DNA of 64,000 nt from Rhynchobatus australiae (lineage: Eukaryota): contig JAUZTB010000080.1 of NCBI GenBank assembly GCA_034780895.1, positions 13,160,098 to 13,224,097 of the forward strand. Reading direction: 5' to 3'. A program made the translations under genes and the position numbers. How positions within the stretch are numbered: position 1 is the first letter of the stretch; each line of letters begins with the position of its first letter. The notes beneath the pieces were generated by a model. The model was not told where the DNA came from. It searched no databases and saw only the letters and a list, made by a program, of their open reading frames with translations. Positions 39,293-52,060 of the stretch are shown piece by piece.

Positions 39293-40501
39293 TAGTGACT
39301 GCAACACAGCAACTGGATTCACTATAGTCCGGTATTAGTAGGAATTTGGTTCTCGTTTCCAATTACCCAGGTGACCCCTTGACAGCACAGAGAGAGAAGG
39401 ATATCTTTCAATGGCCTATTAATTCTCATCACTTGTACTCACTGAAGATACAGCTTGGAGACAATTTTCTTTGATTGCCGAGACCAACAAGGAAGTGGGG
39501 ATACAGAGATCCAGCACTACAGAGACAGCTTACGAGTGGCACATAAAGATAAAATTATTCACATTACTGGCAACTAGAATGAAGTTCCCTTTTATTACAG
39601 TGCACAAGTTTAGGAGATGCAAAGCATTCATTTTTTCACTTTCAATTTTGACAAGGCATACATTTAATTTTAATGAAAATATTTATTTATTGGATGCAGT
39701 TTATTGANNNNNNNNNNNNNNNNNNNNNNNNNNNNNNNNNNNNNNNNNNNNNNNNNNNNNNNNNNNNNNNNNNNNNNNNNNNNNNNNNNNNNNNNNNNNN
39801 NNNNNNNTTTAATGAAAATATTTATTTTTAAGGAAGAGCAACAGTTCCAATAATTCCATGTTTATGCTACAAGAGAAATAAAAAGACAAAGCTAATATAG
39901 TAACTAGAATTGAAGACAACACCAGATATATACAAATGCAACACTACTTCCTTGCTTTTGCACTCAATGCCTATGTTGCCCAGGATCCTCTAGGTTTACT
40001 CACCACTTTCAATAGTCCTGCAGGCTAATGGACACTTGTTTCTGTTCCTGCAAACCCTTTAGAATTATCCTTAATGTCCTCATTCTGCGCCACACTCCAA
40101 TGTGAGCCTTGTGCCTGTCAGTGACAATCACAGTAGCACAACTAATGTACCACAGAGCTTTAGGGCATTGCAACAAGGTTTTATCTGTTCAAGTTGGTTT
40201 TCTTGTGTTGTAAACCCCATCTGCCAATGTGCCATCCAGGACTCTGCCAACTTGGTCAGTAGGACAACCAAGCCATTCCCACCCAGAGAGCATTCTCTGC
40301 CCACATTAGCTACACTCTTTCTTGCTAGTGACATTCAGCAAAGAGTCCTGAGAGAAGGATAGATGGTAATCGGCAGGAGGTCCATGGCTTGTATTTGACT
40401 TAAAGGGGTCCAGAGTCAATTCAGGTCTCTAGGTCTTCCTCTCAACTATACCACCATCTGTTGGTGATTCTCTCCTGCCAGTGGGATAGATGTAGGATGT
40501 T

Positions 40502-40642
40502 GACACAAGAGACTGCAGGTGCTGGAATCTGGAGCAAAATACAAACTGGTGGAGGAACTCAGTGGGTCAGTCAGCATCTATGGAGACAGAGGGATAGTCG
40601 ATATTTTGAGTCAAGACCCTTCATCAGGACTGAGTGTCAAGG
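40502..40642 (-). mobile_element. Short Penelope-terminus element with a 13-bp TSD
   Basis: gatgtaggatgtt at 40489-40501 and 40643-40655; minus strand carries AGTC-CTGATGA-AGGGTCTTGACTC. Confidence 0.8.
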
Positions 40643-41145
40643 GATGTAGGATGTTCTTGGATTTTGGCTGATGGGTGTGACTTTGTGCTTTGGACTCGCC
40701 CAAGGGACAACCCTATCAGTTTCGGCACTAGTCCCCGGTGACAGGTTTGACTAGGCTGATTGCGGCTTTGTCACACCCATTGCCCAAGTTGATTCCAGAT
40801 TCTCTGTCAGATCTTTATCACAATGCTCATGTTAGCTGGGTCATTTCAGATGGCAATCAAGGCTCAACCACATTTCTATGGGTCACTCAAGTCAGAATGG
40901 ATACATTTAGCGAAGCAGGTTGGTTTTTAAGCAAGTGTGACAATTACACGGTCAGTATTCTGGTATAGGCTTAGTATTCCACATTTGTTTAATTATCCAA
41001 ATTAAATTCCCAGTTGACGTCATGGCATGCATATCTAGATCATTAGTTCAGAGCTTTGGGTTTCTAGTTCATTTATACATCTACTGCACTCCTGTAGCAA
41101 ACATTCCTGCCGCATTCTATCAGTGCTCAAAAGCAGAAAACTAAC

Positions 41146-41272
41146 CTTCTTTTATACCACGGTAACCGTGCTGAATACTATCAGTGCAGCACTGTCCTTT
41201 CCATGTGCTGCCGCCAGTGACAGACAGAATCTCAGACAAGACAGACTTGATTTTCCTGCTCTTGTCCAGCAT
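41146..41272 (-). CDS. MRTFA: Putative alternative first coding exon of MRTFA: MLDKSRKIKSVLSEILSVTGGSTWKGQCCTDSIQHGYRGIKE, spliced to VLQLKLQQ
   Basis: ACCATGC start context, 127 nt (42 codons + 1) with no stop, donor GAAG|gttagt in phase 1 matching the RPEL1 acceptor. Resembles the human MRTF-B N-terminus MIDSSKK..EILT..KECLE..SLKE|VLQL (from memory). Non-repetitive, with CpGs retained upstream. Confidence 0.72.
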
Positions 41273-41880
41273 GGTAAAAGGCTGCTCGAGGCAAGAAGTT
41301 TCAGAGCTTTTCTAAGACAAACCGTTGCCTGCAGTGGTGAGCTTTGACAGTGCAGTGAGAACTCCTCCAACCCTTGTATCCAACTCTTGATATTCGATCC
41401 GTGTGACCTGATTCGCTCTGCACAGAAGCTTGCTTTTTAAAAAAGAGCAAATCTTTGTTTATAATCTAACATATGAAACAAGATCCGAAAATCACACAGA
41501 TTAAGAAGTTAGACAGATGTCCAACAGAAGTAGTCGGCAATTATGTGATGTAGGTTAACATTTGCATAGTCTGCACTTTACAAGACGGGCAACACACAGC
41601 AACAACCGACTCGATGCAACCAAAATAGTAAACACACAGCTGCCTGCTTAGCTCCAATCAACACATGCTGCTTAATTTTTTTTTAAAAAAGAAAGAAAGG
41701 TTTTTAATATCACTGAATCCATCAAGTTCCTTATTTATTTTCTGAGTAACACCACAGATGTTTATCCTTTTATCTTCCAGTCCTCCAGGTCTGTTACTGA
41801 CATTCAATGTAACCGTGCACACGAGTCGCTTGTCATCTGGGAAAGTACCACATCGCAAAACAGTCCCTCCGACATGAATT
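41273..41880 (-). promoter_or_regulatory. Candidate 5'UTR/promoter of the 41272 alternative exon
   Basis: Non-repetitive, with visibly more CpGs than the flanks, directly upstream of the ATG. Confidence 0.4.
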
Positions 41881-42139
41881 CTTGTGCTTTAAAATTGACT
41901 TGGACAATTATTTCAAGGTACAATCAGCCATTATTTCTACAGAATTATTTTCATCAAGTTAAGGATGATCAGAGGTGTGGGAGAGGTGGGGGGGTTTATG
42001 GTTGGTGAAAAGAAAAGTCAAATTCAGCCAGGTTCCTTGATCTTTCTGTCAGAAGGTGCTAGAGGAATAAAAGAGAATGGGGTTCAATTAGACTGCCCTT
42101 CACAGCTATATTATCTTACTCTTCCTCCCGGAAGAAAAC

Positions 42140-42620
42140 AACACATGAAAATAGGAGCAGGAGTCAGCCACTTGGCCCCTCAAGCCTATCCCATCATTCA
42201 TTAGGATCACAGCTGATCTACACCAGCTTAAACTCCTCTTCCATGCCACTTCCCCATAGCCCTCAATCTTTCAAATATTTATCACCTTAAAAGGAGGAGA
42301 CAGGACAATGAGGTTGAGGGGGAAAAATAAAATCAGCCATGATTGAATGGCGGAGTATACTCAATGGGCTGAATGACTTAATTCTTCACCTATGTCTTTA
42401 TGGTCTTAAATACTTCTAAAGTTTTAGCCTGCACCCATTCTGGGGCAGAGAATTCCAGAAATTAGGCAGCCTCGGAAATTTCTATGCACCTCAGTTTTAA
42501 ATGATCGGCCCCTTATCTTGTAACTACGTCCCCTCTTTTGACACACTCCTACTAGTGAAAGTCAAGCCCCTATAGGATCTGATGAGTGTGAATGAGGTCA
42601 CCCCTCATTCTCCTAAATTA
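42140..42620 (-). mobile_element. CR1 3' fragment with a nested plus-strand CR1 tail (about 42310-42410)
   Basis: aaataggagcaggagtcagcca (minus-strand tail) interrupted by aaatcagccatgattgaatggcggag (plus-strand tail). Confidence 0.65.
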
Positions 42621-45600
42621 AAAGGAATAACCCTGGATGGGGGAAAGAGGCTGCTGGAAAGTGGCACAAGTGTCAGTGTTAGGAGGAGGAGTAAGCAGCA
42701 ACATTCACCATATTTAGTGGGAGCTTCACTGAAGTTAAGAAAATTCTTTTCATTAAGCATGTGCGATATAGTGCTGGAATCTTTCTATGCTACTCCACCA
42801 TGCTATGGATGATGAATTTTGATGAACTCAGACAAGTTTTTCATGAACCCAATTGAGTCTTCAGCCATGCAATGGTGTTCATAAAATATTGATTCAAGGG
42901 TAGGGAGATAAAATTGGCTACTCCAAAACATCAGCCCGCCACTGGGATTGATCCTACACTAGTGAAAGCTGACTGTAGTTCTTTCAGAGGGCTACAGACC
43001 TATGACACATCACCCACATCTTTTGATAGAAGTATTATACTTTTAACTATGTGAGAACGAGACATTGATTTATCATTAACTAAACTGTGAGACATAGGAT
43101 ATTTTGCAACAATTCAGACTACGTCAGCAGACCAAGCAGTTAGCTCAAAATAATTGGGCTGTTTGTACAATAGATTGTTTTCTTTGGCTCTGTTGCTTCA
43201 AAATATCACTACACCACATAGCACTAACACAATTAAGTTATGTGGGCTGATTATGTCGCATTTAAAAACTAGGTACTGGAGTAAAATAGACATCTACCTT
43301 TCACCTCTGATCATTATTCAAATCCAGCCTTGAAAGATCAGAGGAATTTCCCTCCATCTGCTGGCTGTGAAGATCCTGTCTTAACCTAGTTCGCAAAACA
43401 CATGTGCCTACAGCATTCAATTCATTACTAGTTATTGGCTTCATTCAAGACAATGGATCAATCAACAAGGGAATTCAGGGATAAAGGTATCACTGGTGAA
43501 GAGATGGGTAGATGTGGTTTTGGCCGATACACAATGAGAGATAAAAATATGCAACATCTATGTTACAGCTAATCTGTGAGCACTTCATGCTGGTATTGGA
43601 TGCCTCAAGAGATTCATTCCATGGCATATTCATTCCACACATTGCAATTTTTAAAAAGTTCTTTGTGCTCCATGAAATTGTAAAGCTAGAGACTTTGCCT
43701 TTGATTTTTTCCGTTGTCCTCTTATCCATATTGTATCCTTCAATCTCAGTACCTTTGCCCATGTAGCAGACTACATTTAACTCATGGGGAAAGCATCAAT
43801 TATGATGGTACTGCAATTATTTTGAAGACAACTAAAGCACATTTCAGTTGACCATTAGCCAAGCTATTCCAACATCTTTAACTTCAAATACCTTTGAGGG
43901 ATCGTGCAGCAAACTGAGTTCCAGCAGTTCAAAGTATGCTCAAAAGCAGTCTCCATCAACAAGATGAAGCCAGCATCAAAACACAGGCCCAGAATTATAA
44001 TTTCCAGAGAACTTCACCATCAGAGGCTGATGTTATTGTATCAAAGTCTCAGGAAATTGCTATAAACATGACTTGCAACTTTAATTCATGATCTACATAC
44101 CCAAGACGTTTGCACCGATCAGCCAACTTATTTTTAAAATCAAACTGTTAATACAGCTGCAGCTCTATAACTATAACGGTGATTAGAAATCCATTGAATG
44201 TATAGTACTCCAATCATTGCTGCTACATGGAAAATTACAGAACACCCTGCTGGGTCCAGTGCATTTGGCACAATCACACAAATCTTATTTACTTTTTAAA
44301 ATATTTATTCACTCTGAAGTAATTATTATTCATAGAAGTCACTCATTTCACGCAGTTTCTAATGGAGTGAACAGCCATTATCACTGCTGGCTAAAATACT
44401 GCTATTGAATTATTTTTAAGTTTTAACAAATTTAGAACTGGGCATCTATTAGACTCAATGGGATTTCTCTAACGAAGATGATGCATCTAGTTAAATCAGT
44501 TATAACACAGCGGAAAGAAAAGCAACAAATGATTTCAGTATTGACTTCACTTGATTGGTTTAGTTTAAAAAGGTAGTCTATTAGAGATGCATTATTTTCA
44601 AATTAAAATTAATTTTCATCTTGTCTGCCCAAATGTACTCTCACAACTTTCCTATTGCATACTCTTTTCCCAGTCACTTAATGCATTCTCATTTCCACTG
44701 GAGAATTCTTGATCTCCAAGGTTACAATCTGTGCACCATTACTGATGGCAATCAGTGCCTATGCATGTCCATATCCAAACTGGAAATATCCTTTCAAATT
44801 AACAGAGCATATTTGAAAGTGGAAACATTACTTCTGGCTATCACTGATATGCATTCAACTCAATTTTTCTGATCAGATTAATAAAACTAGTGCACTCAAT
44901 TCTTGAAGATTGGATTGTGATACCCATGCATCTCTTCACACATTGCTAAATACTCAAATAAACCTAGGATAATACTTGGCTGCAAATATCTCTTGGAACA
45001 TGTTTTATACAATACTTCCAAAAGCCCATTTTGACGTTAAACAAACAGAAATACAAGAACATTTCCCAATCAGTTTCTCCCAGCAGAGCCTTAAGAAATA
45101 CCATCAGTTATATTAGAATCACGTTCTAAGTAACCCTTGTTCTTATGTGAGTATTCCTGTTTGAATCTGCATCATTTCATTGGCTCCTCCTCTCGAGTTG
45201 CTGTTTTAATTTCAGTGGTTCTCCCAGTAATTTTGGGGTAAGTGTGCTACTGGAATCAGGGCCATGCATCAGTTCAAATGCTGTGATCAATGTCAGCTCT
45301 GCAGGTAACTCCGAGCTACCGCTGAACTAGCAAAGTCCAAACACTAACCCACTGAGCACTCCAAGTTCACTCCCCTACTGCTCCCTATAATTTTGGAAAC
45401 TGTTTTTTTCAAAAAAGGCTTGTATTCCATTTATTATCCCAACTCATCTGACTTGATGGAAATTTGATACACAGATATATTAATTATAAAGCATATACAA
45501 CAACAGCTGTCAGCATCGACTACCCTTGATTGTATACAAGCTGTTTCGCCTGCAACTTTCCTCCCCGACACCCTCCCAACCATTTCTCTGACCCGACTGC

Positions 45601-46771
45601 ACTATTGTTGCCTTCCAGCCTCCTGTGATAGCAATATTTATTCCAATCAGGCTAGAAGTCAAGGCAGTTCCACAAACCCTCTCAATAACTTGAAATTACT
45701 CCTACTCTGCAAACGGATGATTGCAGACATCCTTGACTACATGGATGAGCCGTTCTCAGCCATGCACGCTATGAAAGGACAGTAAAAGAGAAGCGGGGAG
45801 GAAATGAAGAGCAAGAGACACGATTCAGAGAGTAAAATATTCTCTAAACCATTAGAGAACCCAGAGATTTGAAGTATGGTAACATTTTCTAGCAAAATGG
45901 AGGTAAATAACCACAACTTCCACAATTGAACTTCACATTTTCATCCTCAAGAGGGAAGTGCTCTAAACAACCACCACAGACTGGGGGAATTCTCAGCACC
46001 AGCCACCGCGTTAGTTCAGTGGCTTTCTAGTTCTACATTAGTAGGTTTATATATAGAAGAATTTGCAGCTACAAACATTACAAAACCTGAGCACATACCC
46101 TAAATGCGAGCCATCTCCTGTGTAAAGCCCAGAAGGGGAGAGAAAGACAGGTTCAACCCTAAAGGACAAATTTATTGCTAGTGTCAGACAGCTCTCAATC
46201 AGAATTGAAGAACCAACTGGACAGTTGTGGAGGCAAAACTCTTACTGAAGTTTAGTGCCTCCGTGGGAATTTTTAGATAAGAAATGATGAAAAAGGTATG
46301 AGTCCTTTGTCAGTAATTATCTAAAAGTATTTGTCAGGGCCTGTATCCTACCAACAGGTGGTGAAATCTGAGACCCAGGCCTGCTGCCCTGAGCCTGAGG
46401 GGTCAGTGAAGGCAAATTCTGCAAAGCAGGATTGTACCTAGATCAAAGACAATGCACTGACAGGAGTGCATATGTTCTTTGTCAGATACCATTCAAGAAG
46501 TTATGAAGTAGAATAATGCAGATTATTACTTGCTTTTACTCCAGATCCCGAGCATTGGCCAGTCACTTCTTACTTATAAATGGGTGCAACTTGCTAAGGA
46601 AAAAAAAAAGCAGCAATAAAATGGTGTTCCCAAATGTACAGACTGTTTGTCATTAGGTCAAATGCCCATCATCATAGATGCTCAAATCTGTTAAAGAGAA
46701 ATTAGATGATCCTCTTACAGATTAGCAATCGATTAGTACAGCTTGAAAAGAGAAAAATCAATTAATTTAGT

Positions 46772-46960
46772 GCAACACAATCTGCTGGACGAACTTAACA
46801 GGTTGGCCAGCATCTGTGGAGGGGGAAAGGAATGCCGACGTTTCTTGTCGAAACATCAATCGCTTCTCTTCCCCAAACTCCAGATGCTGCTCGACCTACT
46901 GAGTTCCTCCAGCAGATTGCGTTGCTTCAGGTTCTAGCATCAGCAGTCTCTTGTGCCTCC
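46772..46960. mobile_element. Head-to-head (palindromic) Penelope-terminus element
   Basis: gcaacacaatctgctgga at 46772 pairs with tccagcagattgcgttgc ending at 46925. Confidence 0.75.
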
Positions 46961-48133
46961 ATATTTAAATTCAGTAATTGGTTAAACCAATTCAGACAAA
47001 ATGGCATGATTAATCTCAGTTTTGGACTCTATCTGGCTTGCTGCGAAACTGACTTCGAAGTGCCAACTTATTTCCCAACCATGACTGCATTGATCCTTGG
47101 AACAAAAATACTCAGGAATTGTTTACTTATTAAACAGGATCACAGAACAATGTAGAACTCCAGACTGCAACAGAGAGCCTAACCATATTAGGAAACATGA
47201 ATGCTAGTTGAAAGCACTCTTTTATAGAAAAGATTTTGTCCTGTAAAGGCCTGAATTTTGTATTAATGAAGCCTCAAAAATATGAAAACTAGTATACTCT
47301 AGGACAGATCGTCTCATCCTAACCTAATCAGTCAGGTGAGGACCTTACAGAAACAGGATACCCTGCCTAATTCTACATACACTCATACTCAAGAGAGTGG
47401 GGTGGGGGAAGGTGAGGGATGCCTGTGACCAAACTAATCCAGTTAGCTCCCCACCAGGTGCAAGGGGCTCATACTATCATCACCAGACCTGCCAAATATT
47501 TACAATAGACCTTCAAAAAGGACCATCACCCTCTTGTTCAGGCATTTTTCTGCATCATTAAAGAGCAGAGTGGCAGATATTTGACAGGTCTGCACATCTG
47601 CCCAAACTTTATTCAGTTAGCAAAAGGAAATTTGTTACTTTTCACTATGCCTGGAGGAACTCAATGCCTCAATGAGGCCGGGAACTTATTTTGTACTGCC
47701 TAGGCAAAGATTCACACAGAAACAATAAAAATAACCGCCAGCCAATTGGTTCAATTTAATCCTGCCAAAGAAAGCATTGATTCAAAGTCAATTCAATAGC
47801 ATTTCCTCTCCCATTGTTTTTAAGCATCATCACCCACCCTTGTTAAGTTTTCATCACCTTGCAATGTAGGCTCTTCCTGTTTAACATGATCTATGTGCTC
47901 TTTCAGATTTGGTATTTTTAAAATAGTTTGCTTTCTTTGAAAGAAAGATCTCTCTGCCCTTTCCCCACCATTTGCCTCCATACTTTACTACTTCGAAGAC
48001 CTAAGCGCTCTCTTTTTCTGTTGCACTATGACACTAGCGTTGTTCCAGTTCAGGTGAAGCCATTGCATCAGTGGTCTCAAATTCAGAGCAATGAACCCAT
48101 CTTCATTTAGTGTGTAAAAAAAAAAATAATTAC

Positions 48134-48197
48134 CTGACCTGGCCTTTGTGGAAGTTGCTGTTGCTAGCTTCATAGAAACAGACCTAATCCATCTCAT
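48134..48197 (-). CDS. MRTFA: Putative short alternative first coding exon of MRTFA: MRWIRSVSMKLATATSTKARS, spliced to VLQLKLQQ (second ATG at 48173)
   Basis: 64 nt (21 codons + 1), donor TCAG|gtaatt in phase 1. Ends KARS|VLQL, like myocardin KFRS|VLQL and BSAC/MKL1_S AVQS|VLQL. Confidence 0.55.
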
Positions 48198-49499
48198 CTG
48201 CAGCTCTCCTTTCTTAACTGATGAGTTTATTTTTTTTATTCACTAGGCTGATTATGAGAGCGTTGGTGCCTCTGGAGGGGTGAGATCATAAACTTACTGA
48301 GTGCCTCCTCAGACCATGACTGTCACTAACTAGACTAGTTGTATTGTGGCTGCACTTTGTTTCATTTGGGATCTGGGCAAGCCCAGCATTTATTGATTGC
48401 CCTGAGAAGATGGCTGTAGACCTCATTACTTTGTACTGTTTTCATATAATTGAATGACTGCATGGTCAGCTCAGATGGCATGCAAAGGGCAACCTGGTTG
48501 TTGTGCTACTGGAGACACATTTTCCCATATTGGGTAAAGGCATCCTTCTTTTAAGGACACCAGTGAACCAGTTAGGTTTCTATGACAGCTTTACTAATAC
48601 AAACTAGTAATTTTCATTTTAAATTGAATCTGATTTCCCATATGACCATGGTGAGATTTAATCTCTTATTGCCTGGATAAATAATCCAGTATGTAATCAC
48701 TACACTACTGCACCTAGTTCCTGAGGCTGGGTTCAAAGGATCCATTGGTCACTGGGGCTATGGAGGGACCTATATCTTAAGATTTCTTGGTTTCTTGTCC
48801 CATGCCCATTGAAATACAATCAGATGCCCATGAACTTTGGTGCCAGTAGCCTTCAGCCTGCTTGTTATCACAATTGAAAACATGGGCAAGATGTCTTAGG
48901 TTTTTCAAGACAGGAATTGGACTGAGATACAGAAATTCAAGGAGGTGGTGGACCTCGTCTACAGATCATCCAGATCAGCTTTTTTCCTTGGTGGTCTCCA
49001 TGCACCATTCATTCAGAGCAAGCAGGGCAACAATGTGAGTCACTGATCTATACTTGAGCTGTGTATGAGGCAGAAAGAGAGGTATCACATTTAGCCTCAA
49101 TGCCAATGGGTATGGAGAATACAAGTTGATTAGGGTTCTTGCTCCTAAATTATGCTAACTGCTTCCCTGGAAAGTATGTGTTAATTTGTTTAGGTGGGTT
49201 TAAGTATGTATTGAGAGTACTGAGCAGAATCACACCCAGGTTTCACCCCATGGCANNNNNNNNNNNNNNNNNNNNNNNNNNNNNNNNNNNNNNNNNNNNN
49301 NNNNNNNNNNNNNNNNNNNNNNNNNNNNNNNNNNNNNNNNNNNNNNNNNNNNNNNTAAGAGTCTATCCAATGTAGATTCAAATAAAATTCTTACCGAAGG
49401 ATACTACTCCAGGTCCGCTAACATTCAGAAAGCATCTGCCGAGTAGTCTTTTCAGATTCATGCATCACAGAAATGGGCCTTTTTGCCCACCGAGTCCAC

Positions 49500-49745
49500 A
49501 CTAATAATCAAGCACCCATGTATACAAGCCCCATTTTATTCTCCCCACATTCCCAACACTTCTAATTCTACTACTCATATTTCAGTGGTCAATTAGCCTA
49601 TAAACGATTTAATTATGCAAAGAAGCCCGAGTACCTGGGGGAACCCAACAGAGAACATGCAAACTCCACACAGACAGCACAAAAAGTCAGGCTCAAATCC
49701 AGGTCATTGGAGCTACACGGCAGTGGCTCAACTAGCTGCAACACT
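49500..49745 (-). mobile_element. V-SINE
   Basis: gagaacatgcaaactccacacagacagcac, same family as 3095-3345. Confidence 0.7.
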
Positions 49746-50059
49746 CTTCCTGACCAGTTCCCATGCAATTATAAATGCCATATATTAACCACAAACTTCA
49801 CACCCAAGACCTAGGCAAACCCCCTACAATACACAAAAAGAACAGCTCCTTCTAAATAACCCTTCCCACTACACATTGACAGCTAAGTGAGATTTAATGT
49901 CATTCTTAAAAACCCATATTCATTGATAAATGATTCACAATTCCTCTCAGGTCTTGTCCCATTCCAAACATCTACTAAGCCAGCTTACACTCTGCACATA
50001 ACCTAGATGCAGCTTATTTTGCACCACATTCCGTCTACCAACAGCATGGCCTCCAGCCT

Positions 50060-52060
50060 TTCGTGCGATATTCACTTAAAATCATACATCACAGAAACAA
50101 GCCCTTTGGCTCACCATGCCCATGCCAACCGTCAAGTATCCTTCTTTACCAGTCCCATTTGCCAACATTTGATTCATAACCAATATGCCCTGGCAATTCA
50201 ACTGCTCATCCAGATACTCAAAAGTTGTGGCAGTACCTACCTCCATCACCTTCATTCGAGATTCTTTCACTGCAGGCTTTTCTCTGCATCATTAAAAAGC
50301 AGGAAGGCAGATATTTGATACTCAGCCTCTCCTCAACCTAAATGTGCCATTCCAGGCAAAACCCTGGTGAATATCCTCTGCACCCTCTCCAGTATAATTG
50401 CATCTTCCCAATAGCAGTGACCAGAACTGTATACAGGCTCCAGCTGTGGCCCGACCCAAGTTTTATAAAGTTGTACCATGGCATCCATGCTCAAATATAC
50501 CATGATTCAGCCAATGAAGGACATCCTGTATGCTTTCTTCATCAGCTTATCTACCCATGCTGCCACCCTTTGAGCAACAGATGTGCACCAAGGTCCCTCT
50601 GCTCCTAATAGTTCTGAGGGCCCTATCATTCATGGTGTACATTCTACCTCCCATAGACCTCCCAAAATCCATCACCTCATATCAGAGGCTGTGATATCTG
50701 TTACCGGAGTCTCCAACCACTGAAGACATCCTCCCTGTACCTGGTCTGTTTAAAGCTGTTAGAATTTTATTTTCAGATCCCCTCATTTTCCCCCATTCTC
50801 CAGTGAACAAGCCTTGCTGACCTAATCTCTCCTCATCCATTAAGCTTGCCATCCCAGGAATCAGTAAATCTTTGCTGCACTCCTTCTACGGCATGAACAG
50901 TGGTCCTGGATAAGGGACCATGTGGCTAGAATGGTACTGCTGCAGCCTTAAAGATGGCAGAGGTATATAAGAACACAAGAAATAGGAGGTGTAAGCCATC
51001 TGTCCCGTCGAGCCTACTCCGTCATTCAATAAGATCATGGCTGATCCGGCCGTGGACTCAGGTCCACCTTTCCTTTATATTGGAAACAATTGGTTAAATA
51101 CTATAAACAATTGGTTAAAGATCTATATTCTTTGGAGTTTGATGAGGAGTAATCTTACTGAAAGACCAGGTGCTTAGAGGTCATAACAGGGTAAACATCT
51201 GGATATTTCCACCAGTGAAAGAATCTCAAATGAAGTGACACAGGTACAAGATTGGCAATAGGTTAAAACTAAAGTGTGTTGAAATTTCATCTTGTAGGGA
51301 AGACACACATCTCTAGAATTCTTTACCTCGTATGGTTGTTGGGACCAGATCATTGGGAGTCATTAAGGAGGAAGTAAATAAACTTGAAAGATCAGGGAAT
51401 TGAGGGCTGTTTGGAACTGGCATAGAGAAGATGCAGCCTGGAGCAGATCAGCCACAGTCATACTGAATAGTGGGACAGGCAAAAGGGGACAAGCAGTCTT
51501 CTCTTATGTTCATATAACTCTTCAGAAACAGAAGCACCAGTATGTCATACATTCCTTTCAGCCTGCTCTATCATTCATTATTATGGCTGGTTTTCTACCT
51601 TACACATTTTGACCCATTTACCTTTTATTCTGTTAAGGTCCCTTACTGTTGCTCTCAGCTTTAAATTTCTCTACCTGAAGGGTTTGAGAATATTCAAATC
51701 CCACAGCCTTCTGAATAATGAAATTCCTCTTGACCCAAGTCATAAATAGCCATTCTTCACTATGATTGGTCCCAGTCCTAGACTCCTCAACTGGGAGAAA
51801 TCAGAATCTATCCTCCTAAAAATCCCTTTCAGAATCTTGTCTCTCAATAAGATCATTTCTATCTAAATTCCAGTGGGGATAGGCTGATCTTACACAACCT
51901 CTCCTTCACATGAAGGAGACAGGTACATGAATATGCAGGAAATGGAGGGATGTGAATCATGTGCAGACAGATCGGTTTAGTTTAAATGGGGCACCACTGT
52001 CAGCACAGACAGTGTGGACTGAAGGGCCTGTCCTTGTGCTGTACTGTTCCATGTTTTAGG
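50060..52060. mobile_element. Cluster of CR1 fragments in both orientations
   Basis: Several CR1 3' ends, e.g. aagaacacaagaaataggag at about 50970 and gactgaagggcctg at about 52017. Confidence 0.7.

Noticed and set aside
41152-41370. 72-aa minus ORF MEEFSLH... and overlapping plus ORF 41123-41347
   Set aside because: No recognisable homology; the plausible coding frame is a different one starting at ATG 41272.
48523-48534. CArG-like cccatattggg upstream of the 48197 exon (SRF autoregulation)
   Set aside because: Not a perfect CC(A/T)6GG, and it lies in repeat-like sequence.
49390-49445. Minus-strand donor TCG|gtaaga next to a gap
   Set aside because: No clear start codon or similarity to family N-termini; the context is gap-adjacent and repeat-rich.
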